Shown: one piece after another, positions 1 to 12,844 of the stretch | How positions within the stretch are numbered: the first letter of the stretch is position 1 | How the letters are laid out: every line of letters begins with the position of its first letter | NCBI RefSeq assembly: GCF_004010195.1 | Contig: NC_057753.1 | Coordinates: forward strand, 5,205,849 to 5,262,205 | Origin: Chiloscyllium plagiosum | Lineage: Eukaryota | Direction of reading: 5' to 3' | DNA: 56,357 nucleotides | The notes under the pieces: generated by a model | Seen by the model: the letters and a program-made list of their open reading frames with translations, nothing else | Database searches by the model: none | What the model was told of the DNA's origin: nothing | Position numbers and translations under genes: made by a program

Positions 1-995
1 TCAGCCTGGAGCCCAGTTACATGTGGAGTTCCGCAGGGATCAGTTCTGGGTCCTCTGCTGTTTGTAATTTTTGTTCATGACTTAGATGAGGGAGTCGAAG
101 GGTGGGTCAGTAAATTTGCAGATGATATGAAGATAGGTGGAGTTGTGGACAGTGAGGAGGGCTGTTGTCGGCTGCAGAGGGACTTAGATATGATGCAGAG
201 CTGGGCTGAGGAGTGGCAGATGGAGTTCAACCCTGCCTAGTGTGAGGTTGTCCATTTTGGAAGAACAAATAAGAATGCGGAATTCAGGGTTAATGGTAGG
301 GTTCTTAGTCAGGTGGAGGAACAGAGGGATCTTGGGGTCTATGTACATAGATCTTTGAAGGTTGCCACTCAGGTGGATAGAGTTTGTAAGAAGGTCTATG
401 GAGTATTATCGTTCATTAGCAGAGGGATTGAATTCAAGAGTCGTGAAGTGATGTTGCAGCTGTACAGGACTTTGTTTAGGCCACATTTGGAGTACTGTGT
501 GCAGTTCTGGTCGCCTCACTTTAGGAAAGATGTGGAAGCTTTGGAGAGGGTGCAGAGAAGATTTACCAGGAATTTGCCTGGAATGGAGAATAGGTCGTAC
601 GAGGATAGGTTGAGAGTGCTAGACTTTTTCTCGTTGGAACGGCGAAGGATGAGGGGTGACTTGATAGAGGTTTATAAGATGATCAGAGGAATAGATAGAG
701 TAGACAGTCAGAAACTTTTTCCCCGGGTACGACAGAGTGTTGCAAGGGGACATAAATTTAAGGTGAAGGGTGGAAGGTATAGGGGAGATGTCAGGGGTGG
801 GTTCTTTACCCAGAGAGTGGTGGGGGCATGGAATGCGCTGCCTGTGGGAGTGGTAGAGTCAGAATCTTTGGTGACCTTTAAGCGGCAATTGGATAGGTAC
901 ATGGATGGGTGCTTAAGCTAGGACAAATGTTCGGCACAACGTCGTGGGCCGAAGGGCCTGTTCTGTGCTGTATTGTTCTATATTCTATGTTCTAA
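1..995 (+). mobile_element. CR1-type LINE (HER1-like), 3' part of ORF2 and 3' tail
   Basis: FADD RT motif near 115; ORF 313-921 with RPHLEYCVQFWSP and RGDLIEVYK; (TTCTATG)-like tail. Confidence 0.93.
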
Positions 996-1200
996 TGCAC
1001 CTGACCTACAAATCCCTTTAGGCAATTTAGCGTGGCCAGTTGACCTAATCTGCACATCTTTGGACTGGGGGAGGAAACCGGAGCAAACCCACACAGACAC
1101 GGGGAAAACGTGCAAACTCCATACAGACAGTCGCCCGAGGCTGGAATTGAACCCGGGTCCCTAGTGCTGTGAGGCTGCAGTGCTAACCACTGAGCTACCA
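995..1200 (-). mobile_element. HE1-like tRNA-derived V-SINE
   Basis: Reverse complement has A box (agctcagtggttag), B box (ggttcaattcc) and V-domain gagtttgcacgttttccccgtgtctgtgtggg. Confidence 0.85.
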
Positions 1201-1539
1201 ACTCAGAGGTATGGAGGGATCAGGCAGTATTGAGTCCATCAATGGCATTATGCACATGAAGCAAGCAATGAGGAATAAAGGCATCAACATCTTTATGGAT
1301 ATCTTGATTGAAGCTCCCAGATTGAGTCTCAATCAACTCGGCTCCTTTGGTCCTGAGTGGAGTTGAGTTTTGGGAACGTAGTTGGTGCTGCTGTCATCCA
1401 GACAAACAGAGCTTACCGTCGCATTCCCAGTTGTGCCTTGCAGATGGTGGACAGACTTTGGGGGGCACAGGAGGTAAGCTAATTGCCACAGCATTCCCAG
1501 TCTCTGAGAGGTGCAGGTGAAGTGGTTTGGCCATGGTAA

Positions 1540-1680
1540 ATTGACCAGTGTTCAGGTTAGGTGAGTTAACTGTGGTAAATATGGGATCGTGGGAGTCTAG
1601 GTCTGGGTGGGATGCTCTTTCAAGAGTTTGTGTGGATGTGATGGGCCAAATGGCCTCTTTCAGCACCTTAGGGATTCTTG
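1540..1680 (+). mobile_element. HE1-like SINE 3' fragment
   Basis: Similar to the 3' half of the SINEs at 21610 and 48322. Confidence 0.6.
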
Positions 1681-1699
1681 TTGTGTCACTACACACTTA

Positions 1700-1895
1700 C
1701 TGACCAGACGGGCTGCTCTCTTATCAGAGAGAAGTGACTGGTGGTGATTTAACGTGAGGGCCACCAGACCTTAGGCAAGGGAAGAAGTCGAGAAGGAGAG
1801 TCCTTCATGGTAACCTCAAACCAGTGAAGGGAATTGAACCCATGCTGCTGGCATCACACTGCTCTGCAAACCAACAGTCCAGCTAATTGAGCCAG
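1700..1895 (-). mobile_element. Second tRNA-derived SINE family
   Basis: A/B-box-like head; homologous to the plus copy at 42938-43135. Confidence 0.6.
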
Positions 1896-2339
1896 GATGG
1901 GCCAATGGGCGGCGAAGTGGCAGATGGAGTCTAATTTAGGTAATTGCAAGGTGCTGCATTTTGGGAAAAGGAGTTAACCGTGGAAAATATGGGATTGTGG
2001 GAGTCTAGGCCTGGGTGGGATGCTCTTTGGAGAGTTCGTGTGGTCAGGTCCTAGGGAGTGTTGCTGAACAAAGAGACCTTGGAGTGTAGGTTCATAGCTC
2101 CTTGAAAGTGGAGTTGCAGGTAAATAGGATAGTGAAGGTGGCGTTTGGTATGCTTTCTTTTATTGGTCATAGCATTGAGTGGAATCTGAACTGAACCACC
2201 CAGTGATCAGGCGGAGTGCTTCGCAGTGCTGTCAACGTCACTCGTGATCGGTTTTCCGACGGCTGGAATTAGACTAATGAGGGAGTAACTGCCCGAATGA
2301 GATTTGTCCTGCTTTTTGTCAGGACACACTGTAGCTGGT

Positions 2340-2530
2340 TGGAGGCGGTGCTGGAGTGGTCTGGTGACTGAACTAGTCATCCAAAGGTCTGTGGTAATGC
2401 CCTGGGGTCCTACATTCAAATCCCATTATGACAGGCAGTGGAATTAAAATTCATAAGGAAAGAATATCTGGAATTAACAATCTAACGAAACTGCTGTCAA
2501 GTATTGAGGGGAAAAAAAAACATCTGAGTC
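2340..2530 (+). mobile_element. Old tRNA-like SINE fragment (third family)
   Basis: Degenerate A/B boxes (gtggt...ttcaaatccc); recognised by pattern only. Confidence 0.4.
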
Positions 2531-2634
2531 ATAGAGATCTGCAGCGTATGGGTTTTCAGCCATAGAGTCTGCAACAGTCAGTATGCCTTTACAGTGGTTG
2601 ACAGTCACCATTCAATATTAATCTGCTGCAAGAA

Positions 2635-2960
2635 TAGAGTAAATAGGCAAAGTCTTTTCCCTGGCGTCGGGGAGTCCAGAACTAAAAGGCATAGGTTTAG
2701 GGTGAGAGGGGAAGGATATAAAAGAGACCTAAGGGGCAACTTTTTCACACAGAGGGTGTTACCTGTATGGAATGAGCTGCCAGAGGAAGTGGTGGAGGCT
2801 GGTACAATTGCAACATTTAAGAGGCATTTGGATGGGTATATGAATAGGAAGGGTTTGGAGGGATAGGTGGGACTAGATTGGGTTGGGATATCTGGTCGGC
2901 ATAGACGGGTTGGACCGAAGGGTCTGATTCCATGCTGTACATCTCTATGACTATGACTCC
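2635..2960 (+). mobile_element. CR1 LINE 3' end
   Basis: NRQSLFPGVGESRT...FFTQRV...WNELPEEVV plus the conserved 3' UTR. Confidence 0.9.
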
Positions 2961-3424
2961 ATGTGCTGTGACTTTTCCCTCTGTTATGTAATACATAAAG
3001 TATGAATTGTGCTACACAGAACACCTCTCGCAAGTGACTAATGCCTCGTGTCATCAGAAGGACACCTGAAATGTTGCGTGCAAGTTTGTTCTCCTTATCG
3101 AAGGAAGGATGTTCTTGCTATAAAGGGAGTGCAAGGAAGGATGAGGGAGATTTAAACAATCCTTAGATAAGCACATGGATGATTTTGGGGTAGCGTAGGG
3201 GGACAAGCTGAGAATAGTTCACAGGTCGGCGCAACATCAAGGGCCGAAGGGCCTGTTCTGCGCTGTCTTGTTCTATGTTCTATTACCATCTTGATCTCTG
3301 GGATGGCAGTGCTGACGTATGAGGAGAGATTGAGTCATTTAGGATTAGAGTCTGCACTGGTCAGAAACAGCTTTTGAGTTCTGAAGCAATGCTGGAAGTT
3401 TCATAGTCATCTTTCAGGTATCAC

Positions 3425-4850
3425 TGGGGTCAGGGAGGGTCCCAGCGAACTGGAAAACCCCCTGTTTAAGAAAGGACTAAAGCAAAAGATGGGAAATTAT
3501 AGGCCGATTAGCCTGACTTCAGTTGGTGGTAAGGTTTTGGAGCCCATTGTGAAGGATTAGATTTCTGAAGACTTGGAAGTGCATGGTAAAATAGGGCAAA
3601 GTCAGCATGGTTCCATCAAGGGGAGGTCATACCCGACAAATCTGCTAGAATTGTTTGAGGAGGTAACAAGTAGGTTAGACCAAGGAGAGCCAATGGATGT
3701 TATCTACCTGGACTTCCAGAAGGCTTTTGACAAAGTGCTGCATAGGAGGCTGTTGAGTAAGATAGGGACCCACGGTGTTAGAGGCAAGGTGCTAGCATGG
3801 ATAGAAGATTGGTAGAAGGCATAGAGTTGGGAGAAAAGGGACCTTCTCAGGATGGAAGCCGGTGACTAGTGGTGTTCCGCAAGGCTCAGTGTTGAGAACC
3901 ACAATTTTTCACTTTATACGTTAATGATCTGGATGAAGGAACCAAGGGCATTCGGGCTAAGTTTGCAGACGATACAAAGATAGGTGGAGGGGGTGAGGCA
4001 GAAGAAAGATTTAGACGGGTTCAGAGAGTGGGCAAAGAAGTGGCAGATTAAATCCAGTGTGGAAAAGTGTGAGGTCATGCACTTTGGTCGGAAGAATAGA
4101 GGCATGGACTGTTTTCTAAAGGGGGAGAAAATTCAGAAATCTGAAGTGCAAAGGGACTTCGGAGTCCTAGGCCAGATTTCTCTGAAGGTAAACTTGCAGG
4201 TTGAGTCAGCAGTTAGGAAGATAAATACAGATGTTGTCATTCATCTCGAGTGGACTAGAATAGAAAAGCAGCGGTGTCCTTCTGAGGATTTATAAGGCTC
4301 TGGTCAGACCACATTGAGAGTATTGTGAGCAATTTTGGGCCCCACACCTCAGGAAAGCCCTGGAGGGGGTCCATAGGAGGTTCACGAGAATGATGCCAGG
4401 AATGAAAGGCTTAACAGATGGGGAACGTTTGAGGATTCTAGGTCTATACTCGATGAAGTTTAGAAGGATGAGGGGAGATCTAATTGAAACTAACAGAATA
4501 CTGAACGGCCTGGACAGAGTGGATGTTGGGAAGATGTTTCCATTGGCAGGCAAGACAAAGACACAGCCTTAGAGTAAAGGGAAGACTCTTTAGAACAGAG
4601 ATGAGGAGAAACTTCTTTAGCCAGAGAGCGGTGAATCTGTGGAATTCATTGCCACAGAAGGCTGTGGAGGCCAGGTCATTGAGTATATTAAAGACTGAGA
4701 TGGAGATGTTCTTGTTTGCCAAGGGGATCAAAGGTTACAGAGAGAAAGCAGGAAAATGGGGGAATAACCTATCAGCCATGATTGAATGGTAGAGAAAAAC
4801 TTGATGGGCTGAATGGCCTAACCTCTGCTCTTACATCTTATGGTCTTATG
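3425..4850 (+). mobile_element. Degenerate CR1 LINE ORF2 (RT) and 3' end
   Basis: SQHG..KGRS, DVIYLDFQKAFDKV, GVPQGSV, FADD motifs; (TCTTATG)-like tail. Confidence 0.9.
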
Positions 4851-5085
4851 TGATTCACTGGAGTTTAGAAGAATGAGGGGGGAGGAGTCTCATAGAAAAT
4901 TGTAAAACTCTCACAGGGCTAGACAATTTGGCTGCGCGAAGGATGTTCCCAATGGTAAGGGAGTCCACATATATAACAGTAAGGGGGGGTAATCATTTTA
5001 GGACAGACGAGAAATGATTTCACCGGGGAGTGCTGGCCCTGAGGAATTCACAGCCATAGAAAGCAATCGAGGCAAAAACATTGTG

Positions 5086-5765
5086 TTCCTCTGCTACCGC
5101 AAGACGTGCAAAACCTGTGCCCAACCCCCAACTTCTGTCCTAGGTCCCAAAGGATCCTTCCTCATCTGAAATAAATTTACCTGCGCTTCCACAAATGTCA
5201 TCTTCTATATCTGTTGCACCCGATGTGGTCTCCTCTACGTCAGGGAGACAGGGTGCCTTCTTGCGGATCGTTTCAGAGAACATCTCTGGGACACCCGCAC
5301 CCACCAACCCCACTGCCCTGTGGCTGAACACTTCAACTCCCACACACACTCCGCTGAGGATGTGCAGGTCCTGGGCCTCCTCCATCGTCAAACCCTAACC
5401 ACCTGACGTCTGGAGGAAGAACGCCTCATCTTCTGCCTCAGGACCCTGCAATCACACAGGATCAATGTGGATATCACCAGTTTCCTCATCTCCCCTCCCT
5501 TCACCTTATGCCAGTTCCAAGTTTCCAACTCGGCCCCGCCCTCTTGACCTGTCCATCGTCCTTCCCATCCATCTGCTCCATCCTCCTATCTGACATATCA
5601 CCTTCTCCCCCACCTTCATCTACGTCAGCTTTCCCAGCTACCTTCCTCCCAGTCCCAGTCCCAACCCCCCTCCCATTTCAGTCTCAGCCCCTGGCCCACA
5701 AGCCTCATCCCTGATGAAGGGCTTTTGCCTGAAACGTCGATTCTCCTGCTCCCTCAAATGTCTGC
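5086..5765 (+). mobile_element. Penelope-like element fragment: GIY-YIG region and terminal repeat
   Basis: FTCASTNVIFYICCTRCGLLYVRETG..RFREH..VAEHFN; hammerhead-like motif at 5712. Confidence 0.85.
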
Positions 5766-6021
5766 CCATGATGCAACTTTCAAGGAACTGTGTACCTATA
5801 GTCCTCTTTGTTCGACAGCACCACCTAGGGTCCTACCATTTACTGGATAGGTCCTGATTCATTTGGTGTTGAATATCATCAGCTTTTGAATGTGGAATAA
5901 AAAAACGTTTGTCTCAGGGGAAGGATTTCAATCGTTAGTGTGACAGGACAAGTACCAAGACATGCATTCACTGCATTGAGAATGTTCCAATAAACTAATG
6001 ATAGAAACTCCTTTCATCAAC

Positions 6022-6152
6022 AATTCCTGATGAAGGGCTTATGCCCGAAACGTCGATTCTCCTGCTCCTCGGATGCTGCCTGACCTGCTGTGCTTTTCCA
6101 GCACCCCACTCTCGACTCTGGTCTCCGGCATCTGCCGCCCTCACTTTCTCCC
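6022..6152 (+). mobile_element. Solo PLE 3' terminal repeat
   Basis: Same terminal repeat as 22560-22685. Confidence 0.8.
6023..6058 (+). ncRNA. Minimal type I hammerhead ribozyme motif (PLE family 2 exemplar)
   Basis: CTGATGA-A-GGGC-ttat-GCCC-GAAA-CGTC: intact core, 4-bp stem II, palindromic ACGT instead of stem III, GUC triplet. Confidence 0.75.
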
Positions 6153-6164
6153 CCTTTAATCAGT

Positions 6165-6500
6165 GACACGTACTGAGTGAGTGTGTTCTCGAGCACAGAC
6201 CGTGGAAAGAGCTTTAACTGGTTATGCTGACCTGGGAAAAAAAACACTCCATTCACAACGGGGGTGATATTGTACAAGTGTGTGTGTGTGTGGCTGAAAC
6301 TCCAACCAGTTATTCAATTTGTGGAGACTGAGGAGCTGGACGAAATTACAGAAACTGTGGGAAGGGATTCAGAAATCTGCGCACTGTGGAAATACATCAG
6401 TACAGAAACTGTTCACCTGCTCTGAGTGTCAGGAGAGATTCATTTGATCACAGCACCCACACCCCGACAGGCTGTTTGCCTGCTGTGTTGTGAGAGAAGT
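6165..6500 (+). pseudogene. Degenerate ZNF-exon fragment
   Basis: ctgagtgagtgtgttctcgagcacagaccgtggaaagagctttaac resembles 13452-13500 and 25157-25210. Confidence 0.45.
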
Positions 6501-6559
6501 AACGGATGGTCATGGAACCTGTATACAGTCTGATGAAATGATCACTTGAACCCAGAGTA

Positions 6560-7345
6560 GGCTGTCATTCGTGCGAACACGTTGATAGGGCATTTGTTCC
6601 ATGAGGCTTTTACAGAACATCCTCCATTATGGGCTTTTCACAGGTCTCTCCTCAGTAGCAACTTAGTGATGCACGATCGGTTTGGATAACTGAGTCAGTC
6701 CGTTCTCCATGCTGAATGGTCTCTCGCTAGTGAATTCGCTGGTGCACAGTAATCGGAGATGATCGCCTGAACCCCTGCGTACATGTCGATGGGACATCTT
6801 AACTCTGGACTGTTTACAGCCCTTCATGCAACACACAGGCATTTAAGAGTTCCTCATTGATTGTCTGATCAGGGGGGTTAGGGAGGGAAGGCTGTTGAAT
6901 GAGTGAATCCATTCCCACACTTGGAACAGATAAATCCAGTGTGATTACTTGACGAGTATCCAGATCAGAAAGGGAATTGCATCCCATTCCAAAGGGCCTG
7001 TACTTCCAGGGTTTTGCTGGTGTGCCTGAAACTCCACGGTGACAGAGGAGGTGATCGTTTGAAGGATCGTCCACAGATGATCTATGTTCAAAATCCAATG
7101 ATATTCAGGACTGATGGGTGTATGAATAGGAAGGGTTTGGAGGGATATGGCCTGGGTGCTGGCAGGTGGGACTAGATTGGGTTGGGACATCTGGTCGGCA
7201 TGGACGGGTTGGTCCGAAGGGTCTGTTTCCGTGCTGGACATCTCTCTGACTCTATGATGAATTGAGTGTTTCTGTCAAGTCTAAATATGATGTTTGGTTT
7301 GAGCTTTCAGGCTGCAAATAACTCCCTTTCCAATGCCCTGTGAAA
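6560..7345 (-). pseudogene. Ancient degenerate ZNF exon of the same family, minus strand (interrupted by CR1 tail ~7110-7255)
   Basis: Reverse complement gives ttcacag|ggcattggaaaggg...ctcaaaccaaacatca...ttgacagaaacactcaattcatca, homologous to 13245-13340, plus finger remnants such as CSKCGNGFTHS. Confidence 0.65.
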
Positions 7346-7704
7346 TGCTTATTCGGGAGGTAGAAGTCAAAGAGAACACAACAAAACCAAGGCAGGTTGT
7401 GAAATTGAGCTTCATGAACGAATAATTTGTACAGCTGGCAGTAGGAAATGGGATCAGCAGTTGTTGGAAATATCTTGTAGTTCTCTGGGGATAGTGCAGT
7501 GAAATTAGACTGGATTGCTGTAGAAGGAGATGGCCCAGACTCAATTCTTTACCTCTGATAACGTTTTGTATTCTTTCATGAGATGTGGACATTGCTGGCT
7601 TGTCTTTCAGTTTTTAGAACATAGAACATAGCAGCACAGTACAGGCCCTTCGGCCCTCAATGTTGCACCTACCGATAGAGCCAGTCTGAAGCCCATCTAT
7701 CCTA

Positions 7705-9057
7705 CACTAGAACATAGAAGAATACAGCGCAGTACAGGCCCTTGGGCCCTCGATGTTCCGCCGATCCAAGCCCACCTAAACTACACTAACCCACTATCCT
7801 CCATATACCTATCCAATGCCCTCTTAAATGCCCATAAAGAGGGAGAGTCCACCACTGTTACTCGCAGGGCATTCCATGAACTAACGACTCACTGAGTGAA
7901 GAACCTACCCCTAACATCAGTCCTATACCTACCCCCCCTTAATTTAAAGCTATGCCCCCTTGTAATACCCGACTCAATACGCGGGAAAAGGTTCATACTG
8001 TCGACCCTATCTAACCCCCTAATCATCTTGTACACCTCAATCAAGTCGCCCCTAAACCTTCTTTTCTCTAGTGTAAACAGCCCCAAGTGCCTCAGTCTTT
8101 CCTCATACGGTTTTCCTTCCATACCAGGCAACATCCTGGTAAACCTCCTCTGCACCCGTTCCAGTGCCTCCACATCCTTCCTATAGTATGGCGACCAAAA
8201 CTGCACACAATATTCCAGATGCGGTCGTACCAGAGTCTTATACAACTGCATCATGACCTCCGGACTCCGGAACTCAATTCCTCTACCAATAAAAGCCAGT
8301 ACGCCATATGCCTTCCTCACCGCACTATTTACTTGGGTGGCAACTTTCAGAGATCTGTGTACATGGACACCAAGATCCCTCTGCTCATCCACACTACCAA
8401 GTATCCGACCATTAGCCCCGTACCCCATCTTTTTGTTATTCTTCCCAAAGTGAATCACCTCACACTTAGCTACATTGTATTCCATTTGCCACCTTTCTGC
8501 CCAGCTCTGCAGCTTCTCTATATCCTGCTGTAACCTGCCACATCCTTCCTCACTGTCAACAACTCCTCCGTCTTTCGTATCATCCGCAAACTTGCTCACC
8601 TAACCTTCTAACCCCTCTTCCAGGTCATTTATAAAAATGACAAACAGCAATGGTCCCAAAACAGATCCTTGCGGAACACCGCTATTGACGGCACTCCATG
8701 AAGAAACTTTGCCATCAACTACTACCCTCTGTCTTCTTCCATCCGGCCAATTCCTAATCCAAACCTCCAACTCACCCTCAATGCCATATCTCCGTATTTT
8801 CTGCAGTAGCCTACCATGGGGAACCTTATCAAACGCCTTACTAAAATCCATATATACCACATCTACCGCTTTCCCCTCATCAACCTCCTTCGTCACCTTT
8901 TCAAAGAATTCAATAAGGTTTGTGAGGCACGACTTGCCCTTCACAAAACCATGCTGACTATCCTTGATCACATTATTCCTATCTAGATGTGCATAAATCC
9001 TATCCCTTACAATTCTCTCTAAGACTTTGCCCACAACAGAAGTGAGACTCACCGGCC
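7705..9057 (-). mobile_element. Young 5'-truncated CR1 LINE (RT)
   Basis: ORFs 8600-9052 and 7889-8599 are one frame broken by a stop; [25 protein letters not shown]. Confidence 0.95.
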
Positions 9058-9530
9058 TCCATTTCCATCCATGTGTTTATCCAATGGTCATTTAAATGGC
9101 CTTAAAGTTGGCGAGTCTACTACTGTGGCAGAAGTGGGTACTGCAGATGCTGGAGATTAGACTCAAGATTCGAGCGGTACTGGAAAAGCACAGCAGGTCA
9201 GGCAGCATCTGAGGAGCAGCACAATCGACGTTTCGGGCAAAAGCCCTTCATCAGGAATAGCCTGATGAAGGGCTTTTGCCCGAAACATTGACTTTCCTGC
9301 TCCTCGGATGCTGCCTGACCTGCTGTGCTTTTGCAGTACCGCTTGAATCTTGAGTCTACTACTATTGCAGGCAGTGCATTCCACACACTTACGATTCTCT
9401 GAACAAAGAAACTACCTCTGACATCGGTCCTATACCTATCACCCCTCAATTTAAAGCTGTGTCCCCTCGAGCTTGCCATCACCGACCGAGGAAAAAGGAT
9501 GTCCACCCTATCTAACCCTCTGATTATCTT
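9057..9530 (-). mobile_element. CR1 LINE 3' fragment interrupted by a PLE palindrome
   Basis: IIRGLDRVD...RGHSFKLRG...WNALP; its tail appears to continue at 7615-7705. Confidence 0.75.
9132..9351. mobile_element. Inverted pair of PLE terminal repeats (family 2)
   Basis: Minus arm 9132-9258, plus arm 9261-9351; flanked by gagtctactact(g/a)t(g/t)gcag at 9113-9131 and 9352-9370. Confidence 0.85.
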
Positions 9531-9950
9531 TTTTGCATTGGAGAAACTGGTAGTGAGCTGCCCTCTTGAGTTAAAAAATACTGCAACAATACAAGACCTT
9601 AGTCTGACCACATTTGGAGTAATTGTGCCAGTTTTGGTCTCAGAATATTTACTTGCCATAAAGGGACTCCAACAAAGGTTTACTTGGTTGATACCAGGGA
9701 TTGTAGCAGTGTGCTATGAGGAGTGATTGGTTCAGTTGGGCCTGTATTCAATCAGGTTTATTAAAATGAGAGGGGATCTGATTGCAATGTACAAAATACT
9801 AACAAGGTTGGAGAGACTAGAAGCAGGAGGAATATTTCCCAAGTTGGGGAGTCCAGAGACAGGAGTCACAGTTGATGAGAAATGCTTTCTTCAACCTCTG
9901 GAATTTGCTACCACAGAGGTCTGCGGAGGTCAGGACACTGAGAAATTCAA

Positions 9951-10776
9951 AATTAAAAGTCACACAACACCAGATTATAGTCCAACAGGTTTATTTGGAA
10001 GCACTAGCTTTCGGGGCACTGCTCCTTCATCAGGTGGTTGTGGATTAGAATCAGTCTGACCATTGTGGCACAGACTGCCTCACACAGGGAGCTAACACCT
10101 TCAATACATTATCTGGGCCAACGTAACACCATTTGTTAATAGAGTCAGAGAGGTGTACAGCATGGAAACAGACCCTTCCGTCCAACCTGTCCGTGCCGAC
10201 CAGATATCCCAACCCAGTCTAGTCCCACCTGCCAGCACCCGGCCCATATCCCTCCAAACCCTTCCTATTCATATACCCATCCAGATGCCTCCACCACTTC
10301 CTCTGACAGCTCATTCCATACCCGTACCACCCTCTGTGTGAAAAAGTTGCCCCGTGGGTCTCTTTTATATCCTTCCCCTCTCACCCTAAACCTATGCCCT
10401 CTATTTCTGGACTCCCCGACCCCAGAGAAAAGACTTTGCCTATTTTACCCTATCTATGCCCCTCATAATTTTGTAAAGCCATAACATTTTTAAAAAGTTT
10501 TTCGATTTACATATGAAAGAACTGAAACCAACATGGTCATTCTAAAAGATGAGAGACTTAACAATCCAGGTCTTTTTCAATAAATAATTTCAGTTACATC
10601 ACGCTGTAAACCTTTGCTGTAAACTCTGTGTCTTACAATCTTATTCTCCACAACCACCTGATGAAGAAGCAGAACTCTGAAAGTTAGTGCTTCCAATTAA
10701 ATCTGTTGGACTATAACCTGGTGTTGTGTGATTTTTAACGTTGTACATCCCAGCCCAACACCGGCGTCTCCAAATC
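9951..10776. mobile_element. Inverted PLE terminal repeats (family 1) with nested CR1 3' end (10141-10478, minus)
   Basis: Short minus arm 9951-10045, long plus arm to 10776; hammerhead motifs at ~10002-10036 (-) and ~10658 (+); imperfect TSD gagaa(t)attcaa. Confidence 0.8.
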
Positions 10777-10889
10777 GAGAATATTCAAGAAAGAGACAGG
10801 TGAATGTCAAGACATTAAAGTGTCAAGAGTTATCGAGAGAAAGCAGGAATATGGTGTTCAGGTCGAGGATCAGCTATGATCGTATCGAA

Positions 10890-11085
10890 TAGAGACAAAA
10901 AAAAACTCCAGATGCTGGAATCCAAGGTAGACAAGCAGGAGAAAGCGAGGACTGCAGATGCTGGAGATCAGAGTCGAGAGTGTGTTGCTGGGAAAGCACA
11001 GCAGGTCAGGCAGCATTCGAGGAGCAGTAGAATCGATGTTTCGGGCATAAGCCCTTCATCAGGAAGTAGGAGGCTGGGAGAACAT
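10890..11085 (-). mobile_element. PLE terminal repeat (family 2) nested in a family-3 terminus
   Basis: Matches the 39092 and 18745 repeats; hammerhead motif ~11035-11062 (-). Confidence 0.7.
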
Positions 11086-11439
11086 ATTGAATGACAGAGC
11101 AGGCTCGGAAAGGCTGAATAGCCGCCTCCTGCTCCTAGGTTCTATGTTTCTTGAACTGTGAAGTCCTCCGTGTGCAGAGACCCTGCTGCGGAGAGCGTTC
11201 CAGGATTTTAACCCAGCGACAGCGAAGGAACAGTCAAGATAGATTGTGACTTGGAGGTGAACTTGCAGGCGATACTGATCACCTACCTACCCTTTTCCTT
11301 TCAGGTAATGATTTTGAAACATTCTGTCGAAGGTGGAGTCAAGGTATCATGTGAGTGTATCTGTCGCCCCACCAGATACTTCCTGAGATATTTTGCCCCA
11401 AAGTAAAAAAAAACATGCTCACGACATTGCCTAACCAGT

Positions 11440-11700
11440 GTTCTGAATATCTCAGTGCTTCAGTGATACGGATCTGAAATCTTCTTCCAAAAACAAACCT
11501 TTGCTTCAACAGTCAAAGTGCTGATGATATTCAGATCGTGCTGAATCGAGTGACTCACTCCAAATATCAAATCGAAATTTTTAACAGTTTTCCACCTGAA
11601 AATGTTTCTCCCCAATGTCCATTAAAATGTACTTACAAAACAAAATCACTCTCAGTCTGGGATAGTAATTCAGAGGGGCCAAACTCTTCTCTTTGAGTTT
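11440..11700 (-). pseudogene. Relic of ZNF exon 5' end and acceptor region, minus strand
   Basis: Reverse complement matches gagtcactc...gaacatcactgccctctgactgt...agatttcaaacatc...aagcactgagaca of 25020-25150. Confidence 0.55.
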
Positions 11701-12429
11701 ACTCTGTGATAATCCTCCCATTCTGCTATTGTGAGGAAGATATAAGGAATCTGCAAATCCTTCAACCCTGGCAACATCCTTGTAAATCTTTTCTGAACCC
11801 TTTCAAGTTTCACAACAAGTGCTGGCAAATGGGACTAGAGTAAAAGAGATGTATAGCACGGAAACAGACCCTTTGGTCCAACTCGTCCATTTTGACCAGA
11901 TATCCTAACCTATTCTAGTCCCATTTGCCAGCATTTGGCCCAGACCCCTGTAAACCCTTCCTATTCATAAAACCATCCAGATGCCTTTCAAATGTTGTAA
12001 TTGAATCAGCCTCCACCACTTCCTCTGGCAGCTCATTTCATAGGATGGCGAATTCTGGAATTCTCTACACCAGAGAATTATGAAGGCTAGGTGACTGAAA
12101 GTAATGAAAGAGGATGCAGATAGATTTTTTGAATGTCAAGGTGAGGATGGCTTTGAGGACACGGCAAAAAAAAAGTGGAGTTAAAGCCTGGGGCAGGGAG
12201 ACCTTGATCTTTTAAAATAGCTTGAGAGGATCAATGACCCAAGCCTGCTCCTATTTCCCTGTTCATTCCAACTCCCTGTGAAAGGAATTTGCAAACTCCC
12301 TCACTGTCAGTCCAGGATAAAATTCAAAAGAGCCAATTTTTTTTTTAATGGGTGGAAGTTGCTGTGCACAAATCCTCCTCTTCTAGCCCGCTGTCAAAGC
12401 AGTTTCTAATTGTGGGGTTGGGGAGCATG

Positions 12430-12745
12430 TTCCTATCTCAAGGTTTTGCCCTTTGTCCCTTTAAATGCCGCCCTCGCTCCTTCCAGGGGCAGCGATGCGC
12501 ATGCTTCGCTCCGCGGTCCCGTCCCGCCCCTTCATTGACTCCGATTGGTTGGAGGACCAGCGCTGTCGTCCAGGCCAGGCCCGCCCCCTTCCCCTTACCC
12601 CTACCTTTTGGTCCCGCTTCTCCGTCAATGATCCAAACGCCGCCCCGTGCGGGAAAGGGCATGCGCAGCACGGAATTCCGCCCTGCCCGACACTGCGCAC
12701 GCGCGGTCGCCATTTTAGCAGCTTCCTCAAGTCGAGGTCGGGGTG
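12430..12745. promoter_or_regulatory. CpG-island promoter of unit A, probably bidirectional
   Basis: CpG-rich in a CpG-poor background; NRF1-like TGCGCATGC (12496) and GCATGCGCA (12659), GC boxes CCCGCCCC (12523), inverted CCAAT (12544), YY1-like CGCCATTTT (12708); candidate splice donor GTGAGG at 12743. Confidence 0.75.
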
Positions 12746-12844
12746 AGGGGGGTATTGTCGCAACAGGAATTGCTGGAAAGATCTCTGCAGGTCTGGCAGC
12801 GTCTGTGCAGAGTAAATGTTTCGCGTCCAAGAGAGTCTCGTCTC

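Noticed and set aside
313..921. Host protein-coding gene
   Set aside because: C-terminus of CR1 ORF2; the same applies to the many similar short ORFs
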